Below are positions 42,491-52,701 of a stretch of 64,000 nucleotides of DNA, in pieces (within the stretch, counting starts at the first letter, position 1; each line of letters starts with the position of its first letter). The DNA is from Lama glama. Its lineage: Eukaryota. Below the pieces are notes generated by a model. It ran no database searches. It saw only the letters and a program-made list of their open reading frames with translations, and was not told the origin of the DNA. The stretch covers positions 620,001-684,000 of the forward strand of contig JAPYYK010000093.1 in the NCBI GenBank assembly GCA_028534125.1, given 5' to 3'. Both the position numbers and the translations under genes were made by a program.

Positions 42491-43539
42491 TGAAATGTCA
42501 GAATGAACCAGCCCCTAGAAAAGACTTGGCTCAGCACAAACTTCGACCACAGTAAGCAGCCAATAAATGTTAGATCTTCTACCCCTGGGCAACCCAGTTG
42601 CGAAAGGGGAGCCACAGAAGCCCTTGAACCCAGCCTGCTGTGTGGTCCAGCCTGTACTTGGAGTTGGGGCAGGGACAGGTGTGGTGAGACCAGAAGACAG
42701 GAAGGAGAGAGAGGCTAAGGTCAGGTCCTCTGGCAGGGCTTCTCTGTAGGCTCTTGGGGTAATTGAACCCCCTAGAGCTAGGGGCTGTCAAGGACTAGGA
42801 GAAAATCAAGGGGAGCATATCTTCAGAGGGAAAGATGGAACTTCCACTCTGAAATGCCTTCTCTTCCCCTTCCCTCCTCCCTTGGGAGCAGAGGGTGGGA
42901 GATGCACCCAGTCCAGGGTGTGACTTAGGCCTTCCCAGGCCAAAGGGCCCTAGGCAAGCAACGGGGAAGAGGTCCCAGCCAAACTGCAGAAGGGCAGGCC
43001 TAGGGAGAGGAGGGATGCACAGCTCGTGGCTGCATGAACATCTCGGTGCGCCAGCTCATGGGTATACATGGGGTGCCTCCCTGTATAGGTGCATGGGTGT
43101 GTGAGGTGTGCACACAACCACGATGGCCTCTTAGGAAGGAGCAAGGCTGGCACAGGGATACGTGATGGCAGAGGCTCGTTGTTCCTCTCTGTCCTTTTCC
43201 TCCAGCTACGCTGGGCACGTCAAGAAACCCAGGTTCTTTCTTGGCTCTGTCACTGACCCCAGATGTGACCTTGGGCCAGACCCTTAGCATTTGCTCTGGG
43301 GCTCTGTTTACTCTTCCCTTCAAACGAGAGAAAGGGCTCATCACTGCTGGGGACTGCCTCACAGTCCAAAGGACAAGTGAAGGAAACCAGGGAGAAAGGG
43401 GTGGGAACCACGACCTCCAAGAACCCAAGAACTGGCAAACCATTCTCCACCAGGTTCATCTGTCCTCCCTGCCCCAATCCCCATCCCCACCTCCGCGACT
43501 CTGATTCCTCCATTCTTGCACAGAAGTGGTGACCTCAGC

Positions 43540-44070
43540 ACTTACTTAATCCTCTCTGGGGCGCCGAGCTCAGCCGAAGACGCTAGGAGTGGTGGCGACC
43601 CGCAGGATGCCAGGGCGGAGATGGGGGGAACTCCCCAGGCCCAGGGTGGGGGGCGGCAGATCCGACACAAGGTCCGCCCTCCCTGGGTGGACCTCCCTGG
43701 GCTGGGCCCGCGACGTCGCACCGCCCGCAAGCCGAGAGGGCCTGCTCTGCCAGCCTGGCCCGGGACTGGCAGGGCTGGGACTCACCGTGGGGGTGGGGTC
43801 GAGGCCAGCAGCCTCGCGGGTCTTCCAAGCTCCTGCTCCTCTCCTCCCTGGCCGCTCAGCGCCCCCGGCCCCGGATTGGCTGTCGGGCCCAGAGACCGCC
43901 CTGCATTGGCCCGCTTGCCTGCCGCTCGGATCTGGCTCTGCCCCCAACAGGAGCCGGAGCCCGGTGGCTGTTCTTGGAGACCACCCCCCACTCCTCACGG
44001 CATATGCCGGAGTCCCGCCGGGGATGATGTGGGGCCAAGCCCTTCGTAAGCGCCAGAACTCCGGCCTCCT
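43540..44070 (-). promoter_or_regulatory. C3orf18: C3orf18 promoter CpG island with tandem CCAAT boxes and 5' non-coding exon donors
   Basis: CpG-dense; minus-strand CCAAT at 43879-43875 and 43909-43905 (30 bp apart); strong donors ACG|GTGAGT (43786/43785) and TAA|GTAAGT (43546/43545). Confidence 0.8.
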
Positions 44071-44859
44071 GCTAGCCCTAGCTCCACCTCCTCCAGGATA
44101 GACTCCCGCTCCCCAAATGCAGGTGGACGCAGGTTTGGGGAGAACACTAGACTGGAAGTCTTTGAGCCTGCGTCGAACTCTGGCTCGACCCACCACTAGC
44201 TTTGTGACCTAGAGCAAGATGCTTCTGTCCCCATGGATCTCAGCTTCCAGCTTAGATTGGCTCTGGTATGAGGGCTCTTAATAAACGACACCCACTCCGG
44301 GACAGAAATGGAGCATCTTTAGAGAAGTTGGGGGCGGGATGGTATTATTACTGGAGTGATATATTGGTCACCTGGACCCAGGCAAGCCTACATACACCCC
44401 TCTATCCAAAGCGTAATCATCTCTGGGGAGGAGCCTTCAGATACCTTCTAATAATCCTCAGGTTTTCAAAGACGCTTATGGGGATCACCCGAATAGCTTG
44501 TTAACAAATACAGACCCTCCAGCCTGGGACGGATCCCGGGAAACTGTATGTTTAATAGTAGTTTAGTTAACAGTGATTTAGTTTATAGATTCGAGGGCAA
44601 AGGGGTAGCATTAGCAGGCCACACTTCGCGGGACACTATCATGACTTTTAAAGGAGCAACTGAGGCTCACAGAGTTGCACCTGGACAAGGTCTCCCGACG
44701 AATCAGACTTCAAACCATGGTCTACTACTTCCAGTTTCGATCTCCCTGCTCCAAACCTAAACGGGAGCTGAAGGGTCAAGAGCGACCCTGATGTCCAGTC
44801 ACCAACCACCTGGACCTCAAGTCCTGGACGCTGGGTCCCTCCCCCCAAATTGGTACCCA

Positions 44860-45520
44860 CCCCCCACCGTGGGACCCGCCCCAGTGCGGCCCTCTCGACA
44901 TACAGACTACGTTAGGCCACGCCGCTGGGTCTCGCGGCTGTTGATACGCCTGGATTTGAGCTGGCTACACACCTCCCCATCCGGGTACCCAGAACGCCGT
45001 CTCGGAGAAGCCACCGCAGGCTGGAGCCCTATCCATGCTGTGACTTTCAGGAAGACTGTCCGTTCAGAGCCCTCGGGGAGCAACCCTAGACACAACACAC
45101 ACTTTCCCACCCGTGGGCCTGCAGGCATAGTGGGCGTGGCGTTCATGTCCTCCCTCACCCGCCCGTTGTGGCTTCCGAGGTGGAACGCAGCGGCTCTAGG
45201 AACCCTGGAGCTGGGTGACGGGATCTGCCCGAGCCCTTGCTCAGCTGCGCCGATCCCGGAAGCGGGGCGTCGGAAGGAGCTCACCGCGGCCCACGCACGT
45301 CCGGGAAACGAGCCCGCGGCAATCTCTTTAGTCGAGTGAGGTAACGCTTCAGGCAAGTATGAGGAACACACTCGAGACCCCCCTTTCCCCGTGTGCAATT
45401 GGAAAAACAGGCCTGGGGAGAGGCGACCTCGCCTGTGTCAACGATACTGTGCGACACTGAGGGAAACTGCACCCCTGACTTCGGGCCTCTCGAGGCAGCG
45501 CTCTGGTGGACAGAGCCGTC
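44860..45520 (+). promoter_or_regulatory. HEMK1: HEMK1 promoter CpG island and non-coding exon 1 (candidate donor GAG|GTAACG at 45340/45341)
   Basis: CpG-dense and TATA-less; ETS/GABP-type CCGGAAG at 45256-45262, GC boxes (GGGCGTGGC, GGGGCGT); ~1 kb upstream of the exon-2 acceptor. Confidence 0.8.
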
Positions 45521-46004
45521 TCTGGAGTGCGAAGGACTTGGGTCTTGCCTGGGACAGTTCCTAGTTGGTGACTTTGGGCAAGTTACTTTCCTCTCGGAGT
45601 CTCCTTTTCTTCTCTGCTTGTCCCTGAAGATGTGGCACCACCTAGCAGGTGTTCAGTAAAGGCTAGTTTGAACCAAGCTTGGTCTCTGTGAAAGTAAAGG
45701 AGACCACTGATTTAAAATCTTCAGTTAAATTTGTGATAAATATAAAATTAACAAAAATTGTCAGTTTTTAGGTGGCATTTTTGGCTAATGTTTAGAATTA
45801 CGGGTTAAATGGTGGGGGAGGGGATTTCCAGCATATAAATCAATGACAGTATGTGCAAAATGTCCGAAGCAAAGCTCCCAAGCAAAGGCAGTCTCCTCCC
45901 CTTGGTAGTATTGTTAAGAGCGTGCAACATTGAGTCCCTCTGTGTTGAGCTGGCTTCTAGGTCCTTGACATTCATTGACTGATGCACTGCTTGCCATGGA
46001 GCTG

Positions 46005-46115
46005 GTGTTATTTTCCCCATTTCAAGGATGAGGAACCTGAAACTCAGAAATAATGACTTTCCCAAAGTCACACCTGCTGGGTTAAGTAGATCTGTCTAAC
46101 CCCCAAGCTGGGCCC
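46005..46115 (-). mobile_element. MIR SINE in HEMK1 intron 1
   Basis: ccccatttcaaggatgaggaacctgaaactcaga...tgactttcccaaagtcacac. Confidence 0.75.
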
Positions 46116-46528
46116 TGATCCACACTGGCCCATTTATTAATAGGGACTGAGCTATGGGTTCAGATCACTTCAGCCAAAGATGTGAAGAAAACATCACTGG
46201 CCAAGATGAGAAGAATGAAATAGATGGGTGAGGGGCTAAAATGGAGTCAAGGAGGTAACAGAGCAAGAGCATGCCCTTTCTCAGGCAACAGGTCAAAGAA
46301 GGGTGAGTCATACAAGGCTCAGCTACTCTCCCAGTTCTCCTTCCCTATTCCAGGGTGACAGCCACATCTGAGGACCAGAGCCATGTTGAGGAGCCAGAGC
46401 CTGTGACTTCTCCATCTACACCCAGCTGGGGCCAGTCACCATCCTCAGCAGCTGACATCACAAGAAGAACTTGGGGACCCCCAAAACTTGGGGACCTTGA
46501 GGAGTGCTCAAGGGATCCTTGGGACAGA

Positions 46529-46738
46529 ATGCTGAGGGCCCTCCTGTCTGGCCTAGGGTGGAGGGGAGGCATTTGGGGCTGCACCTTCACCTCATGGCGG
46601 CCTCATCTGCCTCTGGCTAGGTTGTTGAATGTCACAGAGCTGGTCAACCACTGGACAGCAGTCTTTGAGAAAAGGGGTATCCCTGAGGCCCGGGAATCCA
46701 GTGAGTACATCGTGGCTCATGTCCTTGGAGCCAAAACA
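46529..46738 (+). CDS. HEMK1: HEMK1 coding exon 1 (gene exon 2; acceptor at 46353/46354; [10 protein letters not shown]...HVLGAKT)
   Basis: Polypyrimidine tract plus CAG ending at 46353; first in-frame ATG at 46529; donor ACA|GTTAAG. Arg-rich, acid-poor N-terminus consistent with a mitochondrial presequence. Confidence 0.9.
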
Positions 46739-49700
46739 GTTAAGTGCAGTGTTGTCAAGAGGACAGGAAGTAGGAGGAGGGAGGACCCTGGGGAAGAGAC
46801 ATCTAGGCTTTTTCACTCCAATGACAGTGCTGAGCTGAGGATGATGGGGTTTTTCTGAAGGAGTGTCTTGGGCAGATACTTATTCATTCATCCAAGAAAC
46901 TTACAGTGTGTGCCAGGCACTAGGGGTTCAGGGATGACCAAGGTGGCTAGTGTTGGACCCACTGGCATTGTCCACAAAAGAAACCTGAATCAGGGGAGCC
47001 AGCCACTCACATTCTCTGTGGGGCAGTTTCAGAGCCTGAGGCCAGAGCTTTGGACCCAGCCCCTGACACCTTGGCAGCTACAGTATATCCAGGAGTTGAG
47101 TAGCTACCGATTGCAAAGGTGAGCACCCATGAGCCAAACCTGAGGGCTCTGTGTAGGGAGCAGGGTGCAGCTCCCTTCGGCCCCACCAAGTCCATGGTCA
47201 GGGAGGAAGAAAGAGTCCAAGGACTAAGGAGGTGATGGGATGAGGGAGTGACAAGAGAGGGGTCATGGTAGTAAATAGGAAGAAGGGAGGGAGGGAAGGC
47301 CTTGGCTAGGATTTCTTGGGCACAGGAGACATGACTCTACCCAATACCTTTGGCCACAGTATCCCTCAACCCAGACATAGTCCTGTTGGTCCAGGCTCTG
47401 GCATTGATGATACCCTTGTGCCCCCTCTGCAGGATGCCTGTGCAGTACATCCTTGGTGAGTGGGACTTTCAGGGGCTCAGTCTGAAGATGGTGCCCCCAG
47501 TATTCATCCCTCGGCCGGAAACAGAGGTAAGTGTGCCTCCAGGACAGGGCAGGATGGGAATGAAGGGGGTTTAAGGCACCTGTCTTGTCCCAGGCTTCCT
47601 CCAGGGGGCGCTGGGGCCCCATGGCTGCTATCTTTTAGAGGCAGTGCCCTTCCTGGCTGGCTGGGTAGGTGGGGCCAAGAGGAAAGACGTCTCCTGCTGG
47701 CCTCCTTGACTGTCCTCATATCCCAAGCTACTGTCCCAGTCCCTAGGCTGGCAGTGGCTCAGGGTGCCCCAGTTAGTGCTGCCCACCAAGTGCTCAGCCT
47801 GTTCTTGTCATTTCCCCAGGAGTTGTCCAGTGGGCCCCTGGCCTACCCAGCCCCGGGAAATAAGTGCCCACCTCTTCCTCAGGAGGCATGGACAAAGTGA
47901 AGAGGGCTCCAGCTGGACATCTGGAAAGCTGGTACAGCTTTGTGACCTCGAGTAGTCACTGCCCCCTCTGGGCCCAGATGATGAGAGGGTTGGGCCTCCA
48001 AACCAGGGAATTGTTGGGATCTTTTTACCTTTTACACCCACTATCTAGTCAAGTAATCTCCTGTGTCTCTCAAATTACTAGGATTGGAAAGTGTGTGGTC
48101 CCAGCATGCTATCTCTAGGTGAGGCACCCTGATCCTGGGAGAGATGCTTTCTGTGGCCCTTTCTGGGCTTCTTCCTGACCTTGGAGGTGGCAGAGCTGGG
48201 AGCCAGTGAGAGCAGAGCAGGTAGAGGGATATGTGGGTGGGGCTGGTGGGCAAGCCAGAGGGCACCAGTTTCTGAGAAGGGATGTTTCTAGAAAGGCACA
48301 CACATTCCTGGGAAAGATCAGGCCTCATCCACCTGCCCCAGCCAGGGACCCAGAGCCCCTCCTCACTTTCCGAGCCTCTCTTCCTCAGCCAAGAAACCCT
48401 CTGACCCCACCTGCTCCTGTACATCATGTGTTTGGGAGGCCAAGTCCTCGCTGTACTGCCAGTGTCAGGGCAGAGACGGTAGGGAGTCTGAGACCTTGCT
48501 GAAGTCACAGGGCTGCCAAGGCAGGGAGCATGGGGGCAGCACTTGGACATCCTGACTTCTGGATCAGGGCCCCATACCTCACATGGGGCTGCCCCATCTC
48601 GGATTGGATGAGCTGGGATGAGTGCAGAGACCCAGAGCAGGATGTGGCCTGCAACCTGCAGGTTTTTGGGAGGTCAGCCCGTGGCTCCCCCAAGCATATG
48701 ACCTCTGGCCAGGAGGTCACTCAGTCTCTCCTGAGGCTGCCAAGAGTCAGGGCATGGGAGGGAAGCTACCCTGATGACCTTTGAGTCCCCTCAGAGCTGA
48801 CCTGGCACCAACCATGTGTTTCAGGGTACTGAATGTTGGGTGTGGACTTCCGGCTCCCATGTGGGGGCCCCGCTTTCCTGGGTGGGTCTGGGCCAGGAGA
48901 ACAGCTCTGCTGCAGGGGGTTGAGGGGAGGAGGGAGGCTGCGGTTGGGAGGCTAGATCCTTGCCTCACTGTACAGACATTTCTCAGAACTTGCCAGATTT
49001 GCCCCAGTGTGAAGCCGCATTGGGGGGGTGCTTTACCAGGAACTTGAGAGGACGTGGCCTGTGGCAGGGAGTGGGGAGAATGAGTGCAGGGGAAGGACCA
49101 AGTTGCCTGCATTCTCTCCATCCATTGTAGGGTGGTTTCTGATGATGAGTGCAAAATTCTAAAATGCAAAGTTGTAGGTGGCATGTGGCCTGACGAGTTG
49201 GATTTTCCCTGGGGGTGGGAAGGTGCCTCAGTCCCTGGCTTGGCAGTGTGAGCCATTGTCACCCAGCTTGGTGAGGTGAGGCTCTGTGCCCTATCTGTGA
49301 TTAGCTTGAGAGAGGCAATGCCAGTTTCCTAGGGCTGCCCGTCAGGAGTGTGATCCTAATGAAGGCGCTCATGGCACTCATGTCCTGCTGAGGCCTTGGG
49401 CTGACTTCTTGAGGGCTGTGGAGTCCTGTTGAGGCAGTGGCTCCAGGCAGAGCCAACAGCGGCCTGCTCTCTGCCTTCTTCCCACCTGCCCCTCTGCCCC
49501 CACCCCACTGTGCTCTTCTCTTGTTCACCTGGATGTGGTGCCTTGGGCCTGTGACCAGCCTGGCTTTCAGCCTCCCCGAGGAACCTACCTACTTTAGGCT
49601 GAGGAGGCTCTTTACTAGGCAAGCAAGAGAGTTTCTGAACTTGCTGGGAATGATCTCCACCCCTACCCACCCCCAGGTGATCCCATAGCCAAGATGATCC

Positions 49701-52660
49701 CCTCATGGTCTGGAATGTCAGAGAGAAACAAGAGGGCACTGATGACAGTGGGAGCCCAGTCTCAGCTTCACACCCTACCCAGGTAGTCATTCACATATAT
49801 GATGTGTGCCTCTCAGATCGAGGTGTCTCTGTGAGGTGGCTGGCCAGTGTGGTTGGCTGAGGGGTCATTCTCCAGCCAGGGTAGATCTGTCTGTGGCCAG
49901 GAAACCAAGGGAAGCTCATGCTCCTGACAAGTCTCAGCTGTCCAGTTGGCCACTCAGTATGTGACCTCACCACTGAGACCACAGACACTCGGCCACAGCC
50001 CTCGACTGCTCACTCTGTGCCTGTCCCAGTGCTGTGGGCCCAGCTCGCTGCTGGCATCCTAAGTCTCCATAGTGCCTGGTATAGGGCCAGTGGGAGTGAG
50101 TGATGGAAAGCCCTCTCTGACTGGAGACAGACTGTTTGGTGCAGAAGGGGCTTGGAATAGGAAGGGTTAGACCCACTGATCAAGTTCTACCTGCCTTGGA
50201 CTTGCTACCTTTGGGGACAGGTGAGCTTTACTCCTGGTTGGCGTGCCTGGAAGGATGAAATACTTCTGGGGACTTAGCACTGAGGAGCTTATGTGGAAAA
50301 TGGGTTTGAGTGATCTAGAGCCCTCTGCTCTGTTGGGCCCTAACTGTTGACATTGAGAGCTTGAGGGGACCTGGAGGTCTGAGACTCAGAGGGTAGCTTC
50401 CCGTGGCCACTGAACTGAGTGAGAGTTGGCCCAGCACTTGAGAAGTAGCCAAACCTAGAGGCCCCTCTGTGGGCCAAGCCCTGCTCATGTGGGACACACC
50501 GTGATGGGTTAGGTCCCTAGTCTTCCCATCATGGAGCCTTCAGTCTGGCGGGAGAGGCAGACCCCATCCTAGATGTTAGGCACATAGTGAAGAAAGACCC
50601 TGGTGGGGGTTGAGGAAGCCTTTCTGAAGAATGTAGACCTATTTCAGATGAGGGAAACGCTTACTTGCTGACCCCTCCCATCATTCCCTGAGTCAGCCCT
50701 GCCTGGAATCCCAGGAGTCCCCAGCCTCCCCAGAACCTCTCCTGCTCTATCCAAAGGGGCACGTTTGAGAAGGGACCACACTGCCCTTTCCCTGCTCCAT
50801 GCCTGGCTACTTGGGCCCCTACTGTATTGCTGTTTAGAAACATTTTGGCCATTGGGCAGCATCTCTCCACCCTCACCTCCACCCTATAATGGCTTCCATG
50901 CACAGTCTGCAGGTGGCAGATGGATAGGTGAGACTTGAAACTCTGTTGTTTGTAAACAGCGTCTGAAAGTATCCCTCTGCCACCAAGGCAGGTACGGTGC
51001 AGTTAGGCACCTCCCTCCATGTGCGCCCACTTACCCGCTGCCCTATGTATAACATAGCCCACTTCAGATATAGGACTCAGGTGGGACTGTGTCATTCCCC
51101 ATCCCTCCGTGGAGGGAATTCTCCATCCTTTCAGCCTAGGAGCTTCTCTGGGGAGGCTATGAGGAAGCTAGGGACACAATGACCCCTGATTCTTGGCCAC
51201 CATGAGCTGCAGGCCAGGCTCCAGGCGGGGCCTTAACCTCTGGGCCTTACTTTCCTTATGGACTGGTTGTGAGGATCTAACAGATTAGTATAGGGGAAGC
51301 TCTGGAAGCAGGGCCAGGAGAGGAGGTGGCCAGGGACCATCTTAGCACTGCTTTGAGCACAAAACAAGAAGATATCTCTGAAGGGATTAGCGAGGGCTTA
51401 CTGACCACTTACCATGTATCAAGCCTGAAATCAATGCTTCATGAATGTGGTTCTGTTTAAACTACCCCCATCCCCTGTGAGGTGGGTTATCCACAACTGT
51501 GCTCAAGTTTACAGATGGGGAAGTGGAGGCACGGAGAGACAGTGACCCACCTATGGCCTCAGCTGACATGAAGTTCAGTCTGGCTTTAGCCACCTCCCTT
51601 CTATATTCACAAAGGGGCTAACCATGCTTCGGCTCTGTGCCAAGACCTGCAGGGGCTAGGTCAGCACCAGCTCTGATCCAGATCTCTCTACCTTGTAGGA
51701 ACTGGTTGAATGGGTGCTGGAAGAGGTGACCCAAAGATCCCGTGTGGTGAGAGCCCAAGGTGGCCCCCTCATCCTGGAGGTGGGCTGTGGATCAGGAGCC
51801 ATCTCCCTCAGCCTGCTGAGCAAGCTCCCCCAGGTGAGCCCCCTGTGCATCCCTCCCCCACCCTGGGTAGACTGTGACTGGCACTTACTGTCCTTCCTGC
51901 TGATGTCTCCCCAACCCATCTCTGCTAGAAGCCCTTGAGGGGGAATGACTGGAAGTAGGAGGAAGACAGAGCTCTTAGAGGTCACAGATTCCAGCTCCCA
52001 TCCCCTTCTATCTGGCCTAACCCTGGCCACAGAGAGGAAAAAGCTATTGATAATTTCCTTCCTCTTCTAGTAGGGAATTGGAGGAGGGCTCTGGTCCCAA
52101 GGCCTGGCTTCTCCAAGCACCCTGCCTCCCATGTACCCTTTGTTCTTGGGGCAGAGCCAAGTCATTGCTGTGGACAAGGGAGAAGCTGCCATCTGCCTGG
52201 CCAATGAGAATGCTCACAGGTAGGTGGTCTTGGAGATAGAGGGTCAGGCTGGGGGAAGTCAGACTTAGGGGCCTGATCTGAACCCCTATGCAAGTATCAA
52301 ACCCAGCACTGTCCACACCCAAGAAGGAGGAGGCAATTGGGGTGGCCTGGCATGGGTCCCACAGGGTTACAAATGAACAGTGGGAACCAGGTATATTGCT
52401 GATCCACGAAGGGTTTATTCTTCTAGTCAAGAGTAGGAGTCGGCCCCGCCATACTCACTTTTACTTTCCTATCTCTCCAGGCTTCAGTTGCAGGACAGGA
52501 TTCGGATCATCCCCCTCGATGTGACCTTAGGTACCTTCCTCACCCATCTTCCCTGGGTGGGGATCCTGGGTACAGGTGCTGCTGGATGGATGAGGCACTC
52601 TGCAGTGGTAGAGGGAGGGCTTCCCCAGCCTTCCTCGCTCTCTCACACGCATGCGCACGT

Positions 52661-52701
<41 letters not shown>

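Noticed and set aside
43516-45398. 160-208 aa ORFs over the promoter islands
   Set aside because: Typical stop-poor GC-rich CpG-island ORFs on both strands with no recognisable protein.
45705-45870. AT-rich block in HEMK1 intron 1 as a possible snoRNA or ncRNA
   Set aside because: No terminal C/D boxes or H/ACA hairpins recognised; more likely a decayed repeat fragment.
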